From: a virus
Lineage: Duplodnaviria > Caudoviricetes
Strand: one strand, 5' to 3'
Virus record (IMG/VR): IMGVR_UViG_3300012942_000021
Span: 1 to 40,947 of that record
DNA: 40,947 nt
Part shown: positions 27,805 to 36,007 of the stretch, one piece after another
Layout of the letters: each line of letters starts with the position of its first letter
How positions within the stretch are numbered: position 1 is the first letter of the stretch
The notes under the pieces: model-generated
Databases searched by the model: none
What the model saw: the letters and a program-made list of their open reading frames with translations, nothing else
Told to the model about the DNA's origin: nothing
Position numbers and translations under genes: made by a program

Positions 27805-28203
27805 TTAATCCTTGTTTATTAACGCAACAACCGTGCAATCATCAATAACAACTTCGTTAGCCCATGTGTCATTGACAAGTTCTTGGTTGTCTATGCCATA
27901 TACCAACAACATTTTGTCGCCATAAGGACGTGCTTTATCTATTGCTTTTTTGATTAAATCAGCCAACTCCTCATCATTATAATCATCCAAGTATCTAGCC
28001 TCGATAACTTTACAAGCACATGTGCCGCTTAATTGATTATCTGTATGCTCGTTATCAACCCACTCGTAGCTAGCCTCTAATACATCACCAACATTAACAT
28101 CAGCATCAGTACCGCGCATACCAAACACAATCATGTTATTAAGGGATGGCTCAGCATATTTGTTAACATTAGCGTTGCGTATTATTTGGACTAACTCTTG
28201 CAT
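27805..28203 (-). CDS. acidic hypothetical protein, first gene of a moron-like cassette
   Basis: AGGAG RBS downstream of a consensus promoter. Confidence 0.75.
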   Translation of the reverse strand: MQELVQIIRNANVNKYAEPSLNNMIVFGMRGTDADVNVGDVLEASYEWVDNEHTDNQLSGTCACKVIEARYLDDYNDEELADLIKKAIDKARPYGDKMLLVYGIDNQELVNDTWANEVVIDDCTVVALINKD

Positions 28204-28238
28204 TTGTTTATCTCCTGGATTGATCAACTATTAAATCC

Positions 28239-28267
28239 ATTATGTCCGATTACCGGACAAATGTCAA
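28239..28267 (-). promoter_or_regulatory. sigma70 promoter with palindromic operator
   Basis: TTGACA-17-CATAAT overlapping TGTCCG-N5-CGGACA. Confidence 0.8.
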
Positions 28268-28286
28268 CAGCTAGATGCAAATATTT

Positions 28287-28499
28287 TTAGTCCTCCCCGA
28301 TGCGCTTAATTTGCCGACCCTCGTACGTAGGCGTCCCAAGCCTAGGATGGCCCTTTGGCAGCGTGCTCAGAAGCTCTGCATAGTCTTTAGCCGTCAATCT
28401 AATGGGTAGGCTCTTATCACGTACGTTTATCGCCCAGAAATCCATCTTTTGCTTGAGATGTTTTGATTTACCATAAAACCTGAAAGGCCAATTCTTCAT
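28287..28499 (-). CDS. hypothetical protein
   Basis: ORF track; start uncertain. Confidence 0.6.
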   Translation of the reverse strand: MKNWPFRFYGKSKHLKQKMDFWAINVRDKSLPIRLTAKDYAELLSTLPKGHPRLGTPTYEGRQIKRIGED

Positions 28500-28535
28500 A
28501 TTCTGTTCATTTCCTGCTCTTTTTCTGTTCAAATT

Positions 28536-29039
28536 TTAGTTATGTTTAGTTTCATATCGTTGCAATATCTTGTTAATTGACGCTTTAAGGTTGCCGTCTA
28601 AGCGAGGATTAGCCGCCAATTTCTCCCATGATTTTTTAGCTGATATCAATCGACCTTGCTTAACCGGTGGAGGGGGTAGAGCATTGACATGATACGGCAC
28701 ACTAATGCACAACGCTCTAAAGTCAGATAAATCCGGCGCAAAGTCATCTTTCCAATCGCGACATTTATCAATCCCGCGCTCGATTTGCTCATCGCTTAAA
28801 TCAGCTAATTGTTTTTGCCAAAGTCGTTTACCCATTAATAGCACTTGGTCCGTGGGAAAGCGCCCTGTAAATTTCTCGAAAAATATTTGTCCGAGCACAA
28901 TAAATAACATCTCAATCCTATTCTCGATTTTTATTGCGGGCGAGTCCGGCGAAACAACTATCGTAGAATTGCTGTGTCTTTGAGACACGCTGAGGGCTTT
29001 GTTTAGATAGGCGGTCACGCTGGGCGGATTGTCTTGCAT
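28536..29039 (-). CDS. replication protein P-like (helicase loader)
   Basis: WQKQLADLSDEQIERGIDKC...PDLSDFRALC; follows the initiator. Confidence 0.75.
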   Translation of the reverse strand: MQDNPPSVTAYLNKALSVSQRHSNSTIVVSPDSPAIKIENRIEMLFIVLGQIFFEKFTGRFPTDQVLLMGKRLWQKQLADLSDEQIERGIDKCRDWKDDFAPDLSDFRALCISVPYHVNALPPPPVKQGRLISAKKSWEKLAANPRLDGNLKASINKILQRYETKHN

Positions 29040-29913
29040 GATTTGTCTCCTGCGGTTGTTGCTTGATTGCTTCTAAATCGCGTTTGTAATTAATTATCGC
29101 GTCTTTGAAATAAGAGGGGTGAGGGGTACGTGTGCCCGTATAGGCGGCTAATTTGATTTTAAGCGCTTCTGAGGCGACTTCTAGCGTTACCCCTGCCTGT
29201 ATAAGGGCCTTAGCTGTTGTAATCGCCTTTAGGTCGCCAGCGGGGTTTAAACTTAATTTTAAATCGGTGAAGAGATTTAAAAATTTATTTTCTTCGGCGG
29301 ATAAAAAATCAGTTTGCGCAATATAGTTTAGTTTAGTTAAGTTATTAACCGGAATTGTATACAACCTCTGGGACACTTCGGTGACACTTCCATCATTATT
29401 TGGTGACACTTCTGTTTTTAATTCTGCGGCATAATCTGTATTTATAGGGTTTTCAGATACTTCTGATTTGGTGACACTTTCTTCTGATTTTGGTGACGGT
29501 TTGGTGACAGTTTGGTGACTTAATTTTTGATCGTGTTGGTTTGTGGTAGCTAAAGGTAGATAAAAAACATTGTTGCCGCATGCTTGTATCAAGCCTAATT
29601 CCTCTAATTGTTCGAGCCATCTAACAATGTGAGTAGTAGATGGTTTATTTCCTTTTCTGCCCTGTTTAGACGGATAACCCACCCAAACTTTGAAAGAAGT
29701 ATCATCGATATGGACTTTTTCGCCGGTTATTCCGGTATCAAAATCGCGATATAAACTTAAAAACATATAAAGTTTAAATAATTCGGGCGGTTGCTGAAAT
29801 AATATTTTTGACTCTTGATGAGTTAATTTAATATTTATTTCAGGGAATTTTTCATGGCCTGTCCAAACATACCTGGGCGATGATTTCTTTGGTTTGTTTG
29901 GTTTGTTAGCCAT
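28918..29913 (-). CDS. replication initiator (O-like)
   Basis: N-terminal wHTH (WLEQLEELGLI), internal iterons, HPSYF C-terminal motif. Confidence 0.8.
   Translation of the reverse strand: MANKPNKPKKSSPRYVWTGHEKFPEINIKLTHQESKILFQQPPELFKLYMFLSLYRDFDTGITGEKVHIDDTSFKVWVGYPSKQGRKGNKPSTTHIVRWLEQLEELGLIQACGNNVFYLPLATTNQHDQKLSHQTVTKPSPKSEESVTKSEVSENPINTDYAAELKTEVSPNNDGSVTEVSQRLYTIPVNNLTKLNYIAQTDFLSAEENKFLNLFTDLKLSLNPAGDLKAITTAKALIQAGVTLEVASEALKIKLAAYTGTRTPHPSYFKDAIINYKRDLEAIKQQPQETNHARQSAQRDRLSKQSPQRVSKTQQFYDSCFAGLARNKNRE
29370..29520. repeat. replication origin iterons (GGTGAC x6)
   Basis: Copies at 29380, 29402, 29470, 29492, 29503, 29514 inside the initiator gene. Confidence 0.8.
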
Positions 29914-30081
29914 ATAAATTAATTAATAATTGTTATTCCGTTTACTCCCTAATCCATGTCCTATGCAACCACCGAGGAATCCTCGGGAGTTCAAAACTGG
30001 CGACAGCTGCCGGAGAAGTGATAATCCCGGCAAAATCCCTTAACTGTCATAAATCGATAATTAACCTAATTGGTTATTTCA

Positions 30082-30118
30082 CAAAAACTTAGGGCTTACC
30101 CCTACGGACAAGCCCTAA
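30082..30118 (-). terminator. tR1-like terminator after cro
   Basis: TTAGGGCTT/AAGCCCTAA stem followed by GTTTTTG on the minus strand. Confidence 0.55.
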
Positions 30119-30185
30119 TTCCCAACACACTCAAAAAATAATTACTCTATAAAGCGCACCTTAATATTTCCTTAAGGTTTGGGTG

Positions 30186-30413
30186 CTATAGTTCAGCTTT
30201 AAAAATCGATGGCTTAAGTTTATAGCGGCTTACTTTGCAGCCTTTGCGTTTTGTAGCAATCTCAATGCTAATAACGCGCTCAGCTGGCACACCCTTAAGC
30301 AGCCATTGGTTAACGCTTTGCGGCTTAATGTTAAATAATTTAGCCAACGCCACTTGGCTACCGATTACTTTTATTGCCTCTTCCAGGGCTTCTTTTTCGA
30401 GATTAGTTATCAT
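30186..30413 (-). CDS. cro: Cro/YdaS-like repressor
   Basis: GSQVALAKLFNIKPQSVNQW...VPAERVISIE...VSRYKLKP. Confidence 0.9.
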   Translation of the reverse strand: MITNLEKEALEEAIKVIGSQVALAKLFNIKPQSVNQWLLKGVPAERVISIEIATKRKGCKVSRYKLKPSIFKAEL

Positions 30414-30420
30414 GATGCAT

Positions 30421-30450
30421 AGGATACAAGCAATGCCTGATTATTGTCAA
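30421..30450 (-). promoter_or_regulatory. PR promoter with operator
   Basis: TTGACA-18-TATCCT overlapping the pseudo-palindrome TCAGGCATTGCTTGT. Confidence 0.8.
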
Positions 30451-30498
30451 CCCCCAAACTTGTTTGATGCTGCAAATAAAAGTTGTGAAAATGAGGCC

Positions 30499-31128
30499 AT
30501 GAAAACACATGATCGTATAAGGGAAGCGATGACAGCCGCGGGTTATACTCAAACCCAGGTTGCCACCATATTAAAAGTTAAACCCCAATCCGTCCAGCAA
30601 TGGGTATCGGGAGAAACTCAGCGCCCCAAAAAAATAAATGAATTAGCAAGTTTATTGGGGGTTTCAGTAGATTATTTGCTAACAGGAGAAGAAGAATTAG
30701 CGGATTTACCCTATTCGCTTACGCCGCGCTCTCCGGTTATCTCATGGGAAGATGCTAAAAGCTGGCCGACAAACCGAGCAGAATTACAAAAATCTGAAAA
30801 GTTAGGCTATGCGGGAAATGACATTATTTTGAACGGCGACTGCTATAGGCTGCAAATTGAAGATAAATCAATGGTTAACTATTTAGAGGCCAAGGGCTTT
30901 CAAGAGGGCAAACAGATTATTATTGACCCTCGCCGAAAACATAAAAGCGGTGATTTTGTGATAGCCAGCAAGCAAAATTTACCAAAAGTGTTTTTTAGGC
31001 AATATATTAAAGACGGCGACTATGAATATTTAAATCCTTTAAATATTGCGCACTATAAACAAATAGAGATAACGCAAGATATAAATGTCTGCGGGGTGGT
31101 TGTGGCTTACTTGGATATATTAGTTTAA
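30499..31128 (+). CDS. cI: CI-like repressor (HTH + degenerate S24 domain)
   Basis: HTH with KPQSVQQW; PVISW, SM, GDFVIA, LNPLN, VCGVVV; true start at 30499. Confidence 0.93.
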   Translation: MKTHDRIREAMTAAGYTQTQVATILKVKPQSVQQWVSGETQRPKKINELASLLGVSVDYLLTGEEELADLPYSLTPRSPVISWEDAKSWPTNRAELQKSEKLGYAGNDIILNGDCYRLQIEDKSMVNYLEAKGFQEGKQIIIDPRRKHKSGDFVIASKQNLPKVFFRQYIKDGDYEYLNPLNIAHYKQIEITQDINVCGVVVAYLDILV

Positions 31129-31145
31129 ATATTATGGAATAATAA

Positions 31146-32276
31146 ATGAAAAAATTTTATTACATGGATGTTTTACGCCTATTGGCCGTATCGCTGGTTA
31201 TGTATGAACATCTTGTTCCCGTAGCCACGTTTGCAAAAAGTCTTCCGCTAATTTTTAATAATCAAACTATTTTACCGGTACTCAATAGACATTCCTGGGA
31301 TTTTTGGATTATAGAAAGCGGCTTTGTTCGTATACTTAATACAGAAACTGCGGTTTTAGGCGTTTTACTTTTTTTTATTATAACTGGTTATCTCATTGCG
31401 GGAATGCTTGAAAGATATAGGCGGGCAGAATTTATTATCAATCGTATTTTTAGGATTTTTCCTGCTTTAATAATATCTTGTTTAATTATCGGGTTATTGG
31501 TTTATAAAACACAAGGCGTTACTTTTACGCTAGCAAGTTATCTATCAAGCTTTACAGTGTCTTATTTATATGTTGAAGTTGTACCTGTAAATGGTGTTTT
31601 GTGGACATTAATCATAGAAGTATTTTTTTACATAATAGCTTTTGTAGTAGGTCGGTTCACATGCATGAGATTATTTACAGTGCAGGCAATCTGCTTAGGC
31701 ATTATTATTTTTAGCGTAATTGATGCAAATAAATACCTATATATAACGGCACTTAATATAAAATATATATTATTTATATTGGTTGGTGTCACCATTAAAT
31801 TAGCAGAAAAAATGGCATCTCCTGTGCATAAACTACAATATGTTATTTTATCTGAATTTATAGCATTTATGGGATTTCGCATTTACATGATAGGTCACCC
31901 AGATACCGCCTCTTATTCGCACTTTTCATCACAAGCTATTGTTATAATAATATTTATGTTATTTTACCTTAAAAGCGATGATTTTTTTAATAAATTGCCG
32001 CAGATATTTTTTAAGGCGGCCGAATTGGTTTATCCTCTTTACTTATTGCATGTCCCGTTTGGACTGATAACGATGTATCTGCTTAAAGGATATTTCCATA
32101 ACTCTTATATATTATTAATTTTTGCTATTTTATTATCTTATCTATCTGCTTTTTTATTGCACGTGACAGTGGAGAAACCCGGTATAAAAATGGGAAGAAT
32201 AATTGCAAACAATTACAATCGGGCAATTTTAAATTTTAAGCTATTTAATTTTAATTTAAGAGGTATTAATGATTAG
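31146..32276 (+). CDS. acyltransferase-3 family O-acetyltransferase (Oac/OafA-like), lysogenic conversion
   Basis: DVLR, FFIITGYL, RIFRIFP, WTLIIEVFFY, YPLYLLH, VEKP; about 10 TM segments; AT-rich. Confidence 0.92.
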   Translation: MKKFYYMDVLRLLAVSLVMYEHLVPVATFAKSLPLIFNNQTILPVLNRHSWDFWIIESGFVRILNTETAVLGVLLFFIITGYLIAGMLERYRRAEFIINRIFRIFPALIISCLIIGLLVYKTQGVTFTLASYLSSFTVSYLYVEVVPVNGVLWTLIIEVFFYIIAFVVGRFTCMRLFTVQAICLGIIIFSVIDANKYLYITALNIKYILFILVGVTIKLAEKMASPVHKLQYVILSEFIAFMGFRIYMIGHPDTASYSHFSSQAIVIIIFMLFYLKSDDFFNKLPQIFFKAAELVYPLYLLHVPFGLITMYLLKGYFHNSYILLIFAILLSYLSAFLLHVTVEKPGIKMGRIIANNYNRAILNFKLFNFNLRGIND

Positions 32277-32299
32277 CCGGAATGCAAGATATATTTTAT

Positions 32300-32330
32300 A
32301 AAAAACCCGCTAAAGAGCGGGTTTTCTTTT
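32300..32330. terminator. bidirectional intrinsic terminator
   Basis: AAAAAACCCGCT-AAAG-AGCGGGTTTTCTTTT between convergent units. Confidence 0.85.
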
Positions 32331-32427
32331 ATCTTTCGTAATGCTTATTATATTGCCAAATTACTATGCTTGTAACAGATAGTATTATTGCCGCTAATGT
32401 AAGCACTCCCATAATTATATAAATCAT
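32329..32427 (-). CDS. 32-aa single-TM peptide
   Basis: MIYIIMGVLTLAAIILSVTSIVIWQYNKHYER*; GAGG upstream. Confidence 0.55.
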   Translation of the reverse strand: MIYIIMGVLTLAAIILSVTSIVIWQYNKHYER

Positions 32428-32428
32428 A

Positions 32429-32605
32429 TTAATTTATTTCCTCGGGCTGTTTACTTAATTCTCTTTTTAAGTCTGCACAACATTGTGCCGCGGTTTCAGT
32501 TGCATCTTTTAAGATGTTTGCGCAACTGTTAATTTGACGCAACAACTCTGCGAGATGGCTATATCCATTCTTTTTAATAATCATTTCTTTTTCCGTAATT
32601 TTCAT
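32429..32605 (-). CDS. 58-aa helical protein, antirepressor candidate
   Basis: AAGGAG RBS; MKITEKEMII...KQPEEIN*; downstream of the C4-like RNA. Confidence 0.65.
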   Translation of the reverse strand: MKITEKEMIIKKNGYSHLAELLRQINSCANILKDATETAAQCCADLKRELSKQPEEIN

Positions 32606-32664
32606 AATATAACGTCTCCTTGTATTTATAATAATGTAATTACACCGCTAAATTTATTAATATA

Positions 32665-32817
32665 ATGGTGCCGAAGGGGGTCTTAACTGTGTGACACAGC
32701 GGGCTTATTCGGGTATTTCTACCCTTATTAGGCCACACCCCTCCGGCATAAGCCGAAGGAATGCAGTCGCAGAAATCCTTTCGATTTCCGCCAGTCACAG
32801 GCGTTAAGAGCGCCATT
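32665..32817 (-). ncRNA. C4-like antisense RNA with upstream target site
   Basis: TGCCGGAGGGG/CCCCTTCGGCA closing stem; GGGTA-GAAA-TACCC hairpin; GTCACACAGTTAAGA complementary to upstream TCTTAACGCCTGTGAC. Confidence 0.7.
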
Positions 32818-32825
32818 CAGCACGT

Positions 32826-32854
32826 AGGATAAAACACCTATCCCAGGGTATCAA
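32826..32854 (-). promoter_or_regulatory. promoter of the C4-like operon
   Basis: TTGATA-17-TATCCT. Confidence 0.65.
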
Positions 32855-32883
32855 CAACTTTGAAAAAATAATCTTTAAGAAAA

Positions 32884-32926
32884 TAAGGCGTTGCTTGTTG
32901 ACAGTTTAAAGCATTGCTTGTATAGT
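32884..32926 (+). promoter_or_regulatory. PL promoter with two operators
   Basis: TTGACA-17-TATAGT; TAAGGCGTTGCTTGT (32884) and TAAAGCATTGCTTGT (32907) match the PR operator. Confidence 0.88.
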
Positions 32927-32956
32927 GTACCCATATCACATGATAAGGAGCAACAC

Positions 32957-33262
32957 ATGAAACCGACCTACATCCAGCGCATCAAGGACATCGCACAGCG
33001 CAAAGTGCTGAGGCGCGCCTTCAACGGCAAGACCCCTAAGCTTGGCTATGACGAGCTAAGCCACATCGAGCAGAAAGCCCTAATTTCGGCGCTAATCGAA
33101 GAAAACGACGCAATCCGCGAGCTTATAGCCACCCACATCACTAATGATATAGCGGACGCATACTGCGACGAAATACGCATATCTGAGGCCGTGGAAGACG
33201 CAATCGAGCTGCAGCATCTCAGAGACCCGATGCAGCACTCAATTTACAACCCGGACATATAG
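32957..33262 (+). CDS. first early gene, hypothetical
   Basis: TAAGGAG RBS after PL. Confidence 0.8.
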   Translation: MKPTYIQRIKDIAQRKVLRRAFNGKTPKLGYDELSHIEQKALISALIEENDAIRELIATHITNDIADAYCDEIRISEAVEDAIELQHLRDPMQHSIYNPDI

Positions 33263-33274
33263 GAGGATAGAGCC

Positions 33275-33487
33275 ATGCAAACGCAAGACATCATGATCCA
33301 AATTATCGTGTACGCAAATATGACAGCCGATTGCAGGCATGCAATTGAGAGCGGGCAAGTTAGCAAACTAAAAGAATTGCAATCGGAGAAAGAGGCTAAG
33401 TTCAACGAAATTGAAACGCTGATAAAAATCGCGCAGAAAGACGCGGTGATTAAAGAGCTTAAAACAACTATTGATACTTTAAGTTAA
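33275..33487 (+). CDS. hypothetical protein
   Basis: AGGAGG RBS. Confidence 0.75.
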   Translation: MQTQDIMIQIIVYANMTADCRHAIESGQVSKLKELQSEKEAKFNEIETLIKIAQKDAVIKELKTTIDTLS

Positions 33488-33501
33488 GGAGCGCCAGGAA
33501 A

Positions 33502-33681
33502 ATGAAAAAACGCCGTGAAGAATTTATAAAGGTTGTCTTTGAATATGGCGCAGCAGAAAGTAGAGCAGAGAGTTTGGGTTGGATGTCATCCGCAACCGAG
33601 GAAGAAAAGGAAAAAGCTAAAAAAGAAGTAGAAGATAAGCGCGATAAAGTTCTAGATTTTATGGATTATTTTAAAGATTGA
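33502..33681 (+). CDS. 59-aa hypothetical protein (absent from the ORF track)
   Basis: MKKRREEFIKVVFEYG...DYFKD*; AGGA RBS. Confidence 0.65.
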   Translation: MKKRREEFIKVVFEYGAAESRAESLGWMSSATEEEKEKAKKEVEDKRDKVLDFMDYFKD

Positions 33682-33692
33682 GGAGTAAGCAG

Positions 33693-33884
33693 ATGACAAT
33701 TGAACCTAAAAAAATGACAGTTCAGGAAGCAGGAAGGCTGGGCGCGAAAGTACTTAATGCCGATCCTGAAAAGAAAAAGGCTGCAGCGAAGAAAGCGGCT
33801 AGAACAAGATTGGCTAAAAATCCAGATGTTTTCAAAGAAATGGGAAGGCGCCGAGCTTTATTAGCGGAAAAAATTGCAGATTAA
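33693..33884 (+). CDS. KGG/GsiB-like small basic protein
   Basis: MTVQEAGRLG and FKEMGRR resemble KGG repeats. Confidence 0.6.
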   Translation: MTIEPKKMTVQEAGRLGAKVLNADPEKKKAAAKKAARTRLAKNPDVFKEMGRRRALLAEKIAD

Positions 33885-33942
33885 ATATGAATGAGATACC
33901 CGACAATTATCGAGAAGCCGTTAAACATTTAAAGGAGGAATC

Positions 33943-34110
33943 ATGCGAGACTTTACCAAGTTGGATTTTGCAAAAAAACCAACGAATTTTGCAAAAGAAT
34001 ACGAACGTCAACGCGAAATTTTGCTTTTGGAATTGCAGAACACTGTCGAAGCGCGAGGATTTATCAGTAAGTTGATTTATATATTAACTAAAAAACCAGT
34101 GTGGAATTAA
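33943..34110 (+). CDS. 55-aa hypothetical protein
   Basis: AAGGAGG RBS; stop abuts the nuclease start. Confidence 0.6.
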   Translation: MRDFTKLDFAKKPTNFAKEYERQREILLLELQNTVEARGFISKLIYILTKKPVWN

Positions 34111-34112
34111 TT

Positions 34113-35024
34113 ATGCTAACAGCAGAACAAAAAGAATTAAGAAAAACTGGCATAGGTGGCAGCGATGCCGCGGCAATTGCAGGTGAATCACGCTATAAAA
34201 CGCCTATTGATTTATACATGCAAAAACTTGGTATTGCTGAAGAGAGTAATGAAGAAAGTGAAGCCGCCTACTGGGGAAGTGTACTTGAGCCAGTTATTGC
34301 CAGAGAATTTGAGTTAAGACAAGGAAAAAAATTAATTATTGAGCCTAATTTATTAAGACACGAAAAATATCCGTGGATGATAGCTAATATTGATCGCTTT
34401 ATGCCCGAAGAGAATGCAGTTTGGGAAGGTAAAACATGTAATCAATATAAAACCAGCGAATGGGGTGAAGAATTTACTGATCAGATGCCGAACGAATATT
34501 TATTACAATGCGCACACTATGGAGTTGTTAAAAATCCCTCAGTTGTTTATGTCTCTGTGCTAATAGGCGGTCAGAATTTTAAGAATTATATTTACGAAAG
34601 AAATAAAGAGCTTGAACAGAATTTAATAGAATTAGAGCATGATTTTTGGCATAACCATTATTTAAAAAAGATACCGCCTGACGCTAATTTTTATAAAGAA
34701 GTTAGCAAATTATGGTGTACAGGTACCGATACCACAAAAACGGTATCTAATGAATTAATCAATCACTATAATAGTTATATTTTTTGCAGAAATAAAATTA
34801 AAGAACTTGAAGAGCAGCAAGACTTTGATAAAGCAAAATTATGTGAATTTTTACAAGATAGTTCTATTTTAATAAACGATAAAGGGTTAAGTATAGCAAC
34901 TTGGAAAAATCAAAAAAATTCACGCCTCGATATAGAAAGATTAAAAGAAACGCACCCTGAAATATACAAACAACTTTTAAAAACCACTGAATCAAGAGTC
35001 TTTAGAATTAAGGAGTTTAAATAA
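34113..35024 (+). CDS. YqaJ-like viral recombinase exonuclease
   Basis: RKTGIGGSDAAAI, WGSVLEP, ANIDR, EGKT, YLLQCAHY. Confidence 0.93.
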   Translation: MLTAEQKELRKTGIGGSDAAAIAGESRYKTPIDLYMQKLGIAEESNEESEAAYWGSVLEPVIAREFELRQGKKLIIEPNLLRHEKYPWMIANIDRFMPEENAVWEGKTCNQYKTSEWGEEFTDQMPNEYLLQCAHYGVVKNPSVVYVSVLIGGQNFKNYIYERNKELEQNLIELEHDFWHNHYLKKIPPDANFYKEVSKLWCTGTDTTKTVSNELINHYNSYIFCRNKIKELEEQQDFDKAKLCEFLQDSSILINDKGLSIATWKNQKNSRLDIERLKETHPEIYKQLLKTTESRVFRIKEFK

Positions 35025-35026
35025 CC

Positions 35027-35989
35027 ATGAACGATATTAAAGAAATTTCTAAACAATACGGTTTCGGTACTCCGGTAAAACAAACTACTGATATCGTTGA
35101 GATTGAGCAAGCCAGGGCAATGCATGAAGTGCAATCCATGATTGCTATAGCTAAAAAGTTTCCGAGAGATATTAATCAATCATTTGCAAATATTATTAAA
35201 GTGTGTCAAAGACCAGCTTTAGCAGAAGAAGCTAAATATGCTTTTCCGCGCGGCGGCAAAGCCGTCACTGGCCCAACTATAAAGTTATTAAAAGTCATTG
35301 CGCAAAACTGGGGAAACCTACTTTATGGCGTAAGAGAGCTTAGTAATGCAAATGGCTATTCAATTTTTCAAGCTTTTGCTTGGGATTTAGAAAACAACAT
35401 AAAAGCAGTAAAAGAATTTAAGGTGGAGCATAAGCGTTATACAAGAGATGGTATTTATGACTTAACCGACCCTAGAGATATTTACGAAATAGTGGCCAAC
35501 AATGGCGCAAGAAGGTTAAGAGCTTGTTTAGAGGATATTATAGCGCCTGATGTAATCGAAGCCGCCGAAGCACAATGCGAAAAAACATTAAAAGAAGGTA
35601 AAGAACCAATTGAAGAGAGAGTTAAAAAACTTGTTATTGCGTTTGGAGAATTTGGGATAAACGTAGCTCAAATAGAAAAGCGGCTAGGTCATAAACTAGA
35701 AGCAGTTATTGAGCAAGAGATTATAACACTGCGTGCTATTTATAGATCATTAAAAGATGGTATGGCTAAACGTGAGGAATTTTTTGATTTTGGTTTATCT
35801 GACAACGACGAGAAAAAAGAGCACGCCAACAAATCTGAAAGTATGGCTTCCAGGCTGAAAGATAAGAAAAAGCAAGAATCAGAAGCTCATGAAAAGGTGA
35901 CTAAAGAGTCGGAGGGATCCGCAGAATCAAATGCAGAACAAGGCAATGATGAATGGGGTAAAGATTACGATAAGACTAAAACACTTTAA
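35027..35989 (+). CDS. putative single-strand annealing protein, partner of YqaJ
   Basis: Adjacent to the exonuclease; AKKFPRD, PRGGKAVTGP; acidic tail. Confidence 0.7.
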   Translation: MNDIKEISKQYGFGTPVKQTTDIVEIEQARAMHEVQSMIAIAKKFPRDINQSFANIIKVCQRPALAEEAKYAFPRGGKAVTGPTIKLLKVIAQNWGNLLYGVRELSNANGYSIFQAFAWDLENNIKAVKEFKVEHKRYTRDGIYDLTDPRDIYEIVANNGARRLRACLEDIIAPDVIEAAEAQCEKTLKEGKEPIEERVKKLVIAFGEFGINVAQIEKRLGHKLEAVIEQEIITLRAIYRSLKDGMAKREEFFDFGLSDNDEKKEHANKSESMASRLKDKKKQESEAHEKVTKESEGSAESNAEQGNDEWGKDYDKTKTL

Positions 35990-36007
35990 TCAACAGGAGA
36001 ATTAAGG

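Noticed and set aside
30235-30498. N-terminal extension of cI given in the ORF track
   Set aside because: Overlaps cro and PR; the HTH begins after ATG 30499
33887-34075. 62-aa ORF from the track
   Set aside because: No RBS; the overlapping frame 33943-34110 has AAGGAGG and packs against the next gene
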